Shown here one piece after another: positions 12,000 to 25,419 of a stretch of DNA of 64,000 nt. How positions within the stretch are numbered: position 1 is the first letter of the stretch; each line of letters begins with the position of its first letter. A program made the position numbers and the translations under genes. The stretch comes from Octopus bimaculoides. Taxonomy: Eukaryota. The notes beneath the pieces are model-generated. The model saw only the letters and a program-made list of their open reading frames with translations, was not told the origin of the DNA and ran no database searches. The stretch is from contig NC_068994.1 of assembly GCF_001194135.2 (NCBI RefSeq), forward strand, positions 55,406,219 through 55,470,218. Reading direction: 5' to 3'.

Positions 12000-12179
12000 T
12001 GTTTCAGTCGTTAGATTGCAACCAAGCTGGAGCACCACCTAGAAGAATTTTAGTCGAACGAACCAAACCTCAGTATTTGTTTTTTGTTTTTTTGTAAGGC
12101 CCAGTACTTCTTCAGTCGGTCTTTTTTGCCGAATCGCAAAGTTACGGAGACGTAACGTTTCTGCCAGTTCGCCACCTTA
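12000..12179 (-). mobile_element. Chimeric SINE: family M head joined to family A tail
   Basis: Minus strand reads aaggtggcgaactggcagaaacgtt directly into acgtctccgtaactttgcgattcggc...gctccagc...gactgaaacaaataaaag. Confidence 0.7.
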
Positions 12180-12619
12180 ATTTGTTGGAATATTAACAAC
12201 AAAAATTGTCTTATAAAATCTTTCTACATAATATCAAAACAATATTAGTCCCAAAACTTATAATTTACTAACTGGAATGAAATCTATTAGTATATTTCCT
12301 CTTTCCTTTAATTACAGCTTCATTTTCATAAAATATATTGATATAGGTTCACAAAATGTTAATTACTACATTGTAGATAAAAGAAAAGGTGGAGGGGTGA
12401 ATGACCAAGGTAGCGACAATAAGACAAGAAAATATAACGAAAATACTATAAGTAAACCCCATTAAACAGCAAGTAGTTGTATATAAGCAGTTATATATAA
12501 AGTAGGCGACGATAATAAGCAACGAATACAAAAACATGAAACAACAACAAATACGACTGTGATGGCGGCGTAGACAATTGCAGGTGAAGACGAAGTCACA
12601 TGATTCGAATTGTTATTGT

Positions 12620-13330
12620 CGCCAAACAATTGTATGAAGAATCATTTAAAACGTTTCCATTAGTCAGAAGTAAGGTGGCAGCATGGCCAAGTCCAGTAAA
12701 AGGATCAGCTATTACTTCACCTGAACTGTTGAATGGATCACATGGAGAAAGTGTATATAAAAACGCTTTTGTTGAAGACTTTGATTTGAATACTTTGGCA
12801 AAATGTTCGACCCATTGCCAGCAATTACAAATAACTGTCCATGGAAATAGTGCAATACTTTCTATCGCAGTTTTTACAAAAAGAAAATGTAGGTTTTTGT
12901 TACCTTTGAAAAAAATTGCTATTGTGTTGTGTTCAGAAAATTAACAACAACATGCTCAGAAATGGCCGTGTGGCAAGTAGCTTGCTTACCAACTACATGG
13001 TTACGAGTTCAGTCCCACGGCGTGGCACCTTCGGCAAGTGTCTTCTACTATAGCATCGGGCCGAACAAAGCCTTTTGAGTGGATTTGGTAGATAGAAACT
13101 GAAAGAAACCCGTCATATAATTATGTGTGTGCGTATGTGTGTGTGAGTGTGTGTGTGTGTGTAGTACAAATGTATCCTCAAAATTTAATGTGATTGTGAC
13201 ATGGCTATGAAACACTTCACTATGAATATTCAGACCGAGCTGACTTAACAGAAATACTTAGACGTAATGAAAGTCAACGATAAATAACTATGCATTGTAA
13301 TCTACATTTGAATCCCGTTTGACTAAAGCA
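12620..13330 (+). mobile_element. Very old R4-like RT fossil interrupted by a SINE
   Basis: Frame-shifted remnants EWITWRK, KTLLLK...QNVRPIASNYK*LS, FLLPLKK, and after the SINE LDVMKVND. Order and spacing parallel the 21652-22766 RT (DWLAGG..LLPK..QNYRPITC..YKILT..LDIFKIS). Confidence 0.4.
12959..13162 (+). mobile_element. CORE-type SINE family A (head, CORE, TG microsatellite)
   Basis: gtagcttgcttaccaactacatggttacgagttcagtcccac...caccttcggcaagtgtcttctactatag...ggatttggtagatagaaactgaaagaaacccg. Confidence 0.9.
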
Positions 13331-13477
13331 TCGTTCGAAAAAATCTAGCTAGGTACAAGAATATTGTAATGAAAATACAAAAACTGTACAACATAAAAGT
13401 AAATATGGTAAACAAAATGGTCGCTTAGAAAATTACTATTTTTAAATCTCACAACTAGAGATATTCAGCAACAGTAC

Positions 13478-13698
13478 TTTGGAGTAAAGATTATTTGCCA
13501 ACATAACATGGCGATACACAGATATTGCTTTGAGCTGAGTGGGGGTGCTAGATTCCCTTGTTCGGGAATCTAGCACCCTCAGACACAGATCGTGTTGTAT
13601 AGCCAGCTGGAGACGATGTCTCCTTGGGCTAAATTACAGCAACATTCGTCCTAAACCAGGACTGCCATGTTATGCTGGAAAATAATCTTTACTCCAAA
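13478..13698. repeat. Fold-back element: 35-bp inverted repeats enclosing internal hairpins
   Basis: Arms 13478-13512 and 13664-13698 match at 33/35; perfect 15-bp hairpin at 13543-13578. Confidence 0.8.
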
Positions 13699-14271
13699 AT
13701 GGTCGCTGTTCTCATCTTGAAGCTACCGCAATTGAAGTAATCTTCACAACTTTACATCAAGAATCTTTGTTCTCTATCGAACTTGGTAGGTCTTCAGTTT
13801 CATGGAATGTACGTCTTGCAGTAGCATCCTTGTATTTGAATGTTCTTCGTTCTTAGTTACAGTGTGGAACTTGCCGAATGGTAATATACCCGGTGTTCAG
13901 TACGATTGCTGTGGCCGGCAACGCTTAACATGCATTGAGCCACAATAGCAGATGTACAATGTATGATAGATAAGAACATTAAGCAAGCAACGCACACACA
14001 AACACATACATACACAGACACACAGACACACATACACGCACGATTTCGGCGTTTACAACTTTTACACGTACGAACGTATGTATTCCTGCAAGGCACAACC
14101 CACGTCTCCCCACATCATACCTAAGACACATTGAATTCAGAATCAAAAAAATCAAATACTATACTTTCTACACGATCATTTACCGCTACTGTAATACTAT
14201 AACGCAACTTACACAGTATCTACGTAACAAAATTATCACTCAGTAAGAGATACATTTCACATACACAGCAC

Positions 14272-14335
<64 letters not shown>

Positions 14336-14726
14336 TATAGATAATCACTTCTCACTACCTTAAATAATACATTTCACAACAAACAAACAAACGAAACGGT
14401 ATATTAACAACGGATAAAGCACAGTAGATTAGATGTAAGACACCTTGTGATGTAAGATAATTCTGAACACATCTTAGAAATGCAGATGTGCAGCTGGTGA
14501 TGCAGTAAAAAACAAACAAACAAACAAACAAACAAACAGACAAACAAAAAGCTCGTAACTATAATAATGATAATAATAATGATGATGATGATGGTGATAA
14601 AAATAAACATAAGTGATGAGAATAAGATTAAGAAATTTAATTTTACGATGTAAGACTGATGGGTTGATATTTCATTAATAAGCAAGGGACAAAAATTTAA
14701 AAACTGTTAAATGTTTCACACGCGCG

Positions 14727-14784
<58 letters not shown>

Positions 14785-15589
14785 TATATATGCATGCTTA
14801 TATATATACATATATACATATGCATGCTTATATATATATATATGTATAAATGTATATGTATATATATATACATATATATGTATACATACACACACACAAA
14901 CACGTACACATACACACACATACATATAGATAGATAGATAGATGTACACATATGCATATGCAGATATAGGGGATAGGGAGTTAGCGTGAGTGTTCCAATT
15001 TTGCAGAGAGAAAAGATTACTAATATCAACAGCATAAACAACACGAAGAAGAACAACAATAATAAGGGGAAATATAAACGAAAGAAAAAGAATAAAAACA
15101 TCTGAGAAAACTAAAAGAATCCCTGATGAAGTTTGGGTAATTAAAAAATATCGATTCTTTGGCAAATACTGAGATAGAGAGAAGAGATTAGGGAGAACGT
15201 TTCCGGAACGATAAGAAGAAATATATGAATGAAATTAGCGAATGTAAGGGAAAAAAATGTTCTGAATGTAGAGAAGGAAAGAAAGAATATGTGACAGAAG
15301 CCAAATAAGATCTATAAGGAATGAATATTGAATAAGTGAAACAGTGTTAAAAGGAAAAGAAAAAGCAAGGAAGACAGCAAAGAGATGAAGAAGAAGAAGA
15401 AGAAGAGTCCGGTGGGGCTGTGACAATCAGTCACTACGGTATGTTATATTATATTGGTAGCGATAGGATCAAGACGAGTAATAAATGTACGAAACACTGT
15501 TATGTTTCTGAGAGATTCGGAATTGAAGAAAAAATAGAATGAATCTTTAGGAAAAGTACGCAAGCCGGACATTATAAGATAATTGAAGA

Positions 15590-16311
15590 TTGTGTAAAAA
15601 GGATGAAAAAAACCCCCCAGCGTATGCTTATTAGTGAAGAGACAAAGAATATGAGAAAATAATGAGAATTATTACTTAATATTTGTTGCTTGAAAGAAAA
15701 TATGGTATAAGACGAGAAAAAAAAAATCCTGGGAGTTATAGCTTGAGAGGTTAATGTTAACAGATATGGACAGTGAAAGGGTAAAACAATAAAAGTGGAA
15801 TTATACGTTCTACATAGACTTAGGATAATTCTATAAGAAGAGGTAAATTGGAACTTAAACAATGCTAAAATAATTCATAGCACTGAAAAATGCAAACATT
15901 GGCGGGGATAGAATTTGAAGAAACAAAGCAGAAAACGAAAGAAATGGACAGTTATTTTTTGTTGTTATTGTTGCAGATATTTTATCAGAATGTAAGTAAT
16001 GTTAAGCAATATGGAAGACGACATTGTTATAAGAGCAGATTACGATCTTAGGCAAGAAGTCACCGAAATTACGAAACTAGAAAGCGTCTGGCGTTGATGA
16101 GTTGCAATGGCGGCAGAGGATAAGAAAACCTTTTGAACTTTTAAATAATATATTATGTGTCCGAGATATATTGCCAAAATGGCTGACATGAAGTAGAACA
16201 ATTCTGTGTTTGAAGAACACAGACAAAGGCAATGTAGCTGATAATTTCAGACTGATAACGTGTACCGGTATTGGTGATAGATTGGTTAGAGAAGTTACAG
16301 TGGATCATACT

Positions 16312-16347
<36 letters not shown>

Positions 16348-16712
16348 NNNNNNNNNNNNNNNNNNNNNNNNNNNNNNNNNNNNNNNNNNNNNNNNNNNNN
16401 NNNNNNNNNNNNNNNNNNNNNNNNNNNNNNNNNNNNNNNNNNNNNNNNNNNNNNNNNNNNNNNNNNNNNNNNNNNNNNNNNNNNNNNNNNNNNNNNNNNN
16501 NNNNNNNNNNNNNNNNNNNNNNNNNNNNNNNNNNNNNNNNNNNNNNNNNNNNNNNNNNNNNNNNNNNNNNNNNNNNNNNNNNNNNNNNNNNNNNNNNNNN
16601 NNNNNNNNNNNNNNNNNNNNNNNNNNNNNNNNNNNNNNNNNNNNNNNNNNNNNNNNNNNNNNNNNNNNNNNNNNNNNNNNNNNNNNNNNNNNNNNNNNNN
16701 NNNNNNNNNNNN

Positions 16713-16765
<53 letters not shown>

Positions 16766-17330
16766 CGCACATAGAGGTTAAGGATCAATTACTTGTAGAA
16801 TAAATTCATACAGCGAGATTGTGCAAAGCCATATACAAAGATTGCAATGGCATGGGTAGGTCGAGTGTGAAAGAAGAAAAAAAAGTGCATGAGATAATGA
16901 TTCTGCATTCATGAATAATAAACTATTTAGAGATGATACAGTAACGGAATATATAAGAAGTTGATAATCAAAAAAGTATGCGTTATTGGGAAGCCAACTG
17001 ATCATGTTAGACAAACATTAGGTAATATTAATAGCAATAGAGAAACCTTCAAAAGGGATAGCTTATACGCTTTGAAATATTGTGATCCTTTCAATACTAT
17101 TAAAATTACTGGTACGAATGATAAATATGGCTGACTTGAAAAATGATTATGAAGATCAAAAGAAGGTTCATTGGTGCCTGAGCGTAGCGGTTTAGCAAAG
17201 TCACCGGAATTTGTTGTTTTTTTGAAACTGAAGTCTTAATTATTAAACAAAGAAACGAAAGGTAACACGTATGTCAGAGTTGAAAACGTTAAAATGGATT
17301 TAGATGAAATCAACGATTTTATGTTAAAAT
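15590..17330 (+). mobile_element. Old R4/Dong-clade RT fossil split by (TA)n, a gap and (GA)n
   Basis: One frame from 16081: KASGVDE...LLNNIL...[30 protein letters not shown]. After the gap: KDQLLV (16780-16797), IAMAWV (16841-16858), GNINSNRETFKRDSL (degraded GIFQGDSL) and MADLK at 17127 (degraded MDDLK). Confidence 0.75.
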
Positions 17331-18018
17331 AGGTGGTTAAAGATAAGCTAAATGCCAAAAAATGAAATTTCTGATTTAAGTCGGCCATTTTTCTTTAAGA
17401 GTATTATTGTGTAGTAGTTTCGAGAAATAGCAAAAATAAAAAAAATCTAGGTTAGTGAAGGAGACATGAAAAGCAATGGTTTTCATAGAGAGAATCGCCA
17501 TATAATTCCGATAATGGTATGCATATAAATACAAGTGTGTGCTTATGCTGAAGTATGTATAAGTATGGTTCATCTGTGGATGTGTTTGTCTACGTGTTTC
17601 TATATCTGAACATGTATGTGTTTATATGTGTGTGTGTGTGTGTATGTGTGTGTGTGTCGTTTATCTCTATACGAATGGAGTATTTGCTTTTACTGTACTA
17701 TTCCTTCTTACTCTCTCTCTCTCTCTCTCTCTATCGACAGACACAGGTACATAGACTTCCACACATGCGCACGCACTTAAAATGTATGCACGGTTTGCGC
17801 TATAATACGTCATTTAAAGCTTTCTACTCAGTGCATGTTTTAGCATCCTACTAAATATGTATGCATGCTTGGATATAAATGTGTGTTTGTGTTGAGTTGT
17901 GCACTATATATGCATGTGTATACATGAATATACACATATACATACATATATATATATTCATAAAGATATACCTATATATACATATGAATATGTGTGTATA
18001 TATGGATACATACATAAA

Positions 18019-18059
<41 letters not shown>

Positions 18060-18216
18060 GCATATATATATATATACGTATACACACACATATATATGCA
18101 CATATACACGCATATATACATGTGTATGTGTAAGAGTGTGTGAGTACTGTATGTGTAACTATACGCGTGTCTAACTTCTTTTTTAAATGTGTGTATTTAC
18201 ATTTATGTATACATAC

Positions 18217-18263
<47 letters not shown>

Positions 18264-19720
18264 NNNNNNNNNNNNNNNNNNNNNNNNNNNNNNNNNNNNN
18301 NNNNNNNNNNNNNNNNNNNNNNNNNNNNNNNNNNNNNNNNNNNNNNNNNNNNNNNNNNNNNNNNNNNNNNNNNNNNNNNNNNNNNNNNNNNNNNNNNNNN
18401 NNNNNNNNNNNNNNNNNNNNNNNNNNNNNNNNNNNNNNNNNNNNNNNNNNNNNNNNNNNNNNNNNNNNNNNNNNNNNNNNNNNNNNNNNNNNNNNNNNCC
18501 CCCCCGCGGCGCTGCTGCATCGTCAGAGAGCTGGGGGAGTGGCGTTGGAGAGAATGATAACAATACGCAGCCACAATTGACGAGTGCTTTGCTTGCAGGG
18601 TGCTAGTCGTTTGGGTAACGTACAAGAGCTGATAATGAGACTTTCAGCATCATTAACATATGACCAGCAGCTAGCTCACACTTGAGCACTCACACTTGAG
18701 CACTCACATACTCACACAAGACAATAATATACACTGAATAATGCAGCTACGTATAGTATTGTACGCAAACGCGCACACACACACACACACACATACACAA
18801 ATGTATATATGTACGAGCGTTGCTTCCTGAACTAGCTGTACACGTGTATATGCTATACATTACTTCACACAATACATTCGCCATTGACACATACAGGACA
18901 CGATATGAATCCACTACGCCAGGTGTGTATAAATGCACGGCACTTCACGCAATATCAACGGGCTATATATACTTTCTACAACACTAAATGTACCAAATGT
19001 ATGCATATATACAGTTTTGTATATTCATGAATTGTTATATCAGATCTATACAGATGCATACATCTTAATCTATATTTAAGCTATTCATCCATATATATAT
19101 TTGTACATCCACATATACTTCATTTCTTTACACTGCGTATGAACATACCCCCATATCTTCAGAAACATGTACACTCATATAGCATTTTGCATTCAAATAA
19201 ACGTTACATACTTTACTAGATGCATACAAATGCGCACTCTTTCGCATGATACATGTACATACAAAATGCATTACACATGTATTCACACCAAGCTCTGCAG
19301 TGGATATATGCACCGGAAAACTTACAGACTACAATATTTGCATAGAAATGCACCATCTTTACAAATACACATTTTACGTGAATAACAGTGTCTCTATATA
19401 TATATATAGGATACAGAAATAAATTTATTTCTCAAACTCGTGATAATGCTATAAATAGCATGATCAGGATAAATTATCCATATATTGCNNNNNNNNNNNN
19501 NNNNNNNNNNNNNNNNNNNNNNNNNNNNNNNNNNNNNNNNNNNNNNNNNNNNNNNNNNNNNNNNNNNNNNNNNNNNNNNNNNNNNNNNNNNNNNNNNNNN
19601 NNNNNNNNNNNNNNNNNNNNNNNNNNNNNNNNNNNNNNNNNNNNNNNNNNNNNNNNNNNNNNNNNNNNNNNNNNNNNNNNNNNNNNNNNNNNNNNNNNNN
19701 NNNNNNNNNNNNNNNNNNNN

Positions 19721-19754
<34 letters not shown>

Positions 19755-19851
19755 AAGAGAGAGTGAGAGTAAGAGATGTACATATTGATGTATGCATATA
19801 TATGCATATGTGTGTATATATATATATGTGTATGTATATATTCACGAACCA

Positions 19852-19935
<84 letters not shown>

Positions 19936-19958
19936 CGCTAGCTAGCTATTTATGCATG

Positions 19959-19990
<32 letters not shown>

Positions 19991-20147
19991 CATATATGCA
20001 TAAATACAAAAACGCACAAACACACACACATACAGACTTACACACACACACACACACTCTCTCTCACACCTCTCTCTCTTTCTGATGCACACACACACAA
20101 CCTCAGATATGAACCTTATGATACATGTCTATAGAACACTGTTTTAC

Positions 20148-20208
20148 CTAGGGATCGAACCAAGGTCACTGAATCTTTGATGTTCACCTTGTTGCAACCA
20201 CTACACAT
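20148..20208 (-). mobile_element. Old tRNA-like SINE head
   Basis: Minus strand GTGTAGTGGTT ... GGTTCGATCCC (A and B boxes). Confidence 0.5.
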
Positions 20209-20661
20209 TCTGGGAACTGCAGCAGAAGGAAAACGTTTTGCTGTTTAAAGTTTAGTTAAATCTTTTCCTTTGTATTTTGGACAGGTTCCACATCAAGAGA
20301 AGCCCCTTCGGATATCTTTCGTTCCGATATTGTCACTGAATTTGGTGAATGTACCGGAGAATCAGGTTGGAAGAAACGGAATGAACGATACATACATACG
20401 TACATACATACATACATACATACATACATACATACACACGCACTTGGATTGTTTAAATGTAGTTACAACAGTAATATGTCCTTCTACTGAAAGTAAATTT
20501 CAGTAAATTTTCTGTATCTTTGTGCAGCTGAAGATTGCTCTGGATTAACCTTCAATATCCTTGTTGCTTATTTTGATTTTTGATCACCATATTTTTAGGA
20601 ATTGTTTGGATAATACCATACTAAATTCTGGCGCCTAAACTTAAGTACCATGTTCATTTTG

Positions 20662-20699
<38 letters not shown>

Positions 20700-21651
20700 N
20701 NNNNNNNNNNNNNNNNNNNNNNNNNNNNNNNNNNNNNNNNNNNNNNNNNNNNNNNNNNNNNNNNNNNNNNNNNNNNNNNNNNNNNNNNNNNNNNNNNNNN
20801 NNNNNNNNNNNNNNNNNNNNNNNNNNNNNNNNNNNNNNNNNNNNNNNNNNNNNNNNNNNNNNNNNNNNNNNNNNNNNNNNNNNNNNNNNNNNNNNNNNNN
20901 NNNNNNNNNNNNNNNNNNNNNNNNNNNNNNNNNNNNNNNNNNNNNNNNNNNNNNNNNNNNNNNNNNNNNNNNNNNNNNNNNNNNNNNNNNNNNNNNNNNN
21001 NNNNNNNNNNNNNNNNNNNNNNNNNNNNNNNNNNNNNNNNNNNNNNNNNNNNNNNNNNNNNNNNNNNNNNNNNNNNNNNNNNNNNNNNNNNNNNNNNNNN
21101 NNNNNNNNNNNNNNNNNNNNNNNNNNNNNNNNNNNNNNNNNNNNNNNNNNNNNNNNNNNGTATTTAAGTGAAGATAAATGAGATCGAGAGAAAGAAAGAA
21201 ACGTAGATAAGACATGAAGTATAGAATGAAAGGAAAAGAAATGAAGAAGAAAAACGAGATAATGTCAAGATGACATGGTGACGCCGGGTTCGAGGCGTAA
21301 AGGGGTCTTGGATGATCGATGGCTGTTGTTGATTTTGCTTAGAATCAGGTCAGCCCTGTTTATGCAGACCTATGATCAAAGAAATTCCAACCATGCCCTG
21401 CCCATATGTTTTGTGTATCAGGGGCAGGACTGTCAAATTAATCCGCTTTTAATGTCAAGGTGTGTGTGTGCGTGCGTGTGTGTGTGTAATGAATAGAAGG
21501 ACACTTCGCTGCTGTTTCCAGCAGATTGAATGACTGTGTAGAAAGTCGTGTAAAGATCAATGGAAATATGATGATGATAATGATGATGATGACGATGACG
21601 ACGACGTTGGTGGTGGTGGTGGTAGTGAGGGCGGTGGTGGTGTTGATGGTG

Positions 21652-22765
21652 GTGCCAAATTTCTGGCTCGCATCGCTCACGTGCGCACATGGAAAGTTAG
21701 TTCAGTTATTCAATGAAATTATGAGAGATCCTACGAAAACACCCGATTGGTTAGCAGGAGGTATTATCTACTCCCTAAGAATAATGAAGCCAAATTTCCC
21801 CAAAACTATCGGCCCATAACATGTCTATCTACCACGTATAAAATTTTAACATCCATCCTCGTGGAGAAAACATAGAAATTTATGGAACAGAACGATATTT
21901 TCCCCACTGTACAGAAAGGGGGCCGACGAGGCTCATACGGATGCAAAGACCAACTCTTAATCAATCGTATGATCCTTGAGAACTGTCATAGCAAACGCAG
22001 AAATCTCATTTCCGCATGGATTGATTATAAAAAAAGCCTTTAACAGCACGCTACAGTCATGGATCTTGAAATCGCTGGATATCTTCAAAATATCTCCTAT
22101 GATTTCAAACTTCCTGAAGCAAAACATTTCAGTGTGGAATACGAATCTCTATTTATATCACTCTAATGGAGTACTCACCACAAAAATATTGATATCAACT
22201 ACGGCATTTTCCAAGGTGACTCACTTTTACCTTTAATTTTCTGCATAGCTCTAATACCACTTAGAAGTGAACTTAACAGAACAGAGTATGGATGTAAAAT
22301 TGGCGACAAGAAAATAAGACATTTATTTTATATGGATGGCTTAAAACTCTATGGCAAAGACGATAATGAGCTTGAAGGACTACTATGTACTGTGAAAGCA
22401 TTCAGCGATGACACTGGGATGAAATTTAGTCTTGACAAATGTGCCAAGGCCACTCTCCAGAATGGGAAATTGAAGACCTCAGGTTCAGTGGTGTTGGATG
22501 TTGACACAGTCATAAAAGAACTCGAGCAGGTACAAACATACAAATACCTCGTAATAAATGAGGGCTCTGGCATTCAACATGCAAGTATGAAAGAGAAGAT
22601 GAGGAAGGAGTGTTACGGGAGAGTTCGAGCAGTCCTGAAATCCGAGTTAAATGCACGTAACAAGGTGTTAGCTCCTTAGCAGTTCCAGTTGTTAGTTACA
22701 ATTTCAATGTGTTGGACTGGAATATGAGCGAAATAAGGAAGACTGCCAGGAAAATCCGTAAGCTG

Positions 22766-22766
<1 letters not shown>
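21652..22766 (+). mobile_element. R4/Dong-clade non-LTR retrotransposon RT fragment (pseudogenised)
   Basis: PNFWL...TPDWL; NYRPITCLSTTYKILTS at 21804; QKGGRRGSYGCKDQLLIN; AWIDYKKAF; GIFQGDS at 22203; YMDGLKLY at 22329 (YMDD degraded); GMKFSLDKC; YKYL. Frameshifts and stops; ends at a (TATC)n array. Confidence 0.95.
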
Positions 22767-22844
<78 letters not shown>

Positions 22845-22936
22845 CCTACCGATCTATCTATCCATCTAGCTATCTATCTACTTACTTATCTATCTACCTA
22901 TCTATCTGTCTATTTATCCATCTATTTATCTACCTG

Positions 22937-22967
<31 letters not shown>

Positions 22968-24336
22968 GTTTTTTTTTGTTTTATATGCATATAAACACGT
23001 ACACACATATAGTGAGACGAAGGGTGGTGGGAAGACAGAACGGAAGACAAATGGATAATAGAGCGAACTGAAGAGGTAGTTTGAAATGAAGGTGGAGATA
23101 ATGATGGGAAGAGGGGGTGGGTCAGAGGGGAGAAGGAGGAGGAAGAGAATCAAGGGAATAATGAAAATGAAGAGTAGAGGTGGGTAAAGAAGAACGAGAG
23201 GAAGAAGATGACGATGATGAGGATGATGATGGTGGTGATGGCAGTAGCTGTTGCTGTTGCTGTTGTTGTGGTGGTCTTGGTGGTGGCAGAGATCGTGTGA
23301 AGCATGGAATTGTCGAGAGTTGCGGAAGATGAATGAGAAGTCTGTCTTCTATGAAGTAGTAACGAGTTTTCGACAAGAGGTAAAAAAAAAATGAATAAAT
23401 AAATAATTAAATAAATAATAAAGCAAATAATATACGTAATAGTCTGAAGAAGAGGAAGATGAAAGCGAGGAAGTTGGATGGAGGAGGTTAAGTGGTTGGT
23501 GGTATCGTGGAAAGGGGGACACGGATCGCACAACATCATAGAGAAGTCGTTTGGAGAGACAGGATCGCTGTGTCCAGAACTGAAGAATTTCAGATGTGAG
23601 TGATGTTCAAAACAGCGAACAGGGGTCTGGGCGTGTCAGACGTGAGGGAGCGGAATGCTATTGGATGCAGAGTGAACATCAAATAGGAAGCTTAGAAGAG
23701 GAAAGGAAAAAAAGACAGAAAGTGGTATATGTTTTCTGTGTCAATACACACCCACCGACACACACACACACACACATATATGTGAACACAGACATATATT
23801 CATAATACATACGTATATATNNNNNNNNNNNNNNNNNNNNNNNNNNNNNNNNNNNNNNNNNNNNNNNNNNNNNNNNNNNNNNNNNNNNNNNNNNNNNNNN
23901 NNNNNNNNNNNNNNNNNNNNNNNNNNNNNNNNNNNNNNNNNNNNNNNNNNNNNNNNNNNNNNNNNNNNNNNNNNNNNNNNNNNNNNNNNNNNNNNNNNNN
24001 NNNNNNNNNNNNNNNNNNNNNNNNNNNNNNNNNNNNNNNNNNNNNNNNNNNNNNNNNNNNNNNNNNNNNNNNNNNNNNNNNNNNNNNNNNNNNNNNNNNN
24101 NNNNNNNNNNNNNNNNNNNNNNNNNNNNNNNNNNNNNNNNNNNNNNNNNNNNNNNNNNNNNNNNNNNNNNNNNNNNNNNNNNNNNNNNNNNNNNNNNNNN
24201 NNNNNNNNNNNNNNNNNNNNNNNNNNNNNNNNNNNNNNNNNNNNNNNNNNNNNNNNNNNNNNNNNNNNNNNNNNNNNNNNNNNNNNNNNNNNNNNNNNNN
24301 NNNNNNNNNNNNAGAGAGAGAGAGAGAGAGAGAGAG

Positions 24337-24466
24337 ACTCAGCTGATGCCTTATTTTATGGACCCAGAAAGGATGAAAGGTAAAGTCAGCTCCGGCGGAA
24401 TTTGAACCCAGAAGGAGAGGAACCGAAAGAAATTGTTCAAAATGCTATCAGTTCTGCCACCTTGCC
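24337..24466 (-). mobile_element. SINE family M, 5-prime part
   Basis: aaaggatgaaaggtaaagtcagctccggcggaatttgaacccag...ttctgccaccttgcctt. Confidence 0.85.
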
Positions 24467-24482
24467 TTCTCAGTAGTAGTAT

Positions 24483-24520
<38 letters not shown>

Positions 24521-24963
24521 ATAATAGCGTTTATCTTGATATGAAGTCACCATGTCGCGCACATATGGTTGTGATGCAATGTGTGCGGTGTACCCTTATC
24601 AGACGGGTAGTCATGATGGGTATATTGGGCTTCGTATATTTCTGCTCTAACGTCACTTTGATGGCATGCGCTGCTTTCTCACTCAACAATAACAACAACA
24701 ACAACAACAACAACAACAATATTTGATACAAAATGCATGTTAAAAATATTCAGAAATATAGAATAAGCGGTCCATGAACTATGAAAACAAACCTTATACA
24801 AAAACCGAGGAAGCGGAATTGGCAAAAAAAACTTCGAAATATAATACCACATAACCATTTCTAGCAAGAATGTAAACCGAAGTTGATAATAATGTAAATG
24901 TTAGGAATAACTCATTGAAATAACATTTTTGATAGAATTGTTGTTTGTGTGTCTAAAAGTGAC

Positions 24964-25009
<46 letters not shown>

Positions 25010-25269
25010 NNNNNNNNNNNNNNNNNNNNNNNNNNNNNNNNNNNNNNNNNNNNNNNNNNNNNNNNNNNNNNNNNNNNNNNNNNNNNNNNNNNNNNNNNNN
25101 NNNNNNNNNNNNNNNNNNNNNNNNNNNNNNNNNNNNNNNNNNNNNNNNNNNNNNNNNNNNNNNNNNNNNNNNNNNNNNNNNNNNNNNNNNNNNNNNNNNN
25201 NNNCATATGTATATATATATATCATTGTTTGTTTAATTCATTATATATTTATGAAGTGGAAAAGGAAGA

Positions 25270-25374
25270 TGTGGAGGAAATGGATGACTAAGAGAATGAG
25301 AGAAAGAAAGAGAGTGATACAGAAAGAGAGAGAGAGAGTGATACAGAGAGAGAGAGAGAGAGAGAGAGGGAGTG

Positions 25375-25419
<45 letters not shown>

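Noticed and set aside
12600-12944. 114-aa ORF, also open on the antisense strand, as a host exon
   Set aside because: Better explained by frame-shifted R4-like RT remnants, and no good splice sites in frame. Not fully excluded.
2345-22766. RLE fragment (2.3-3.7 kb) and RT fragment (21.7-22.8 kb) as one element
   Set aside because: Wrong order for a + strand element (RT should precede RLE) and about 18 kb apart.
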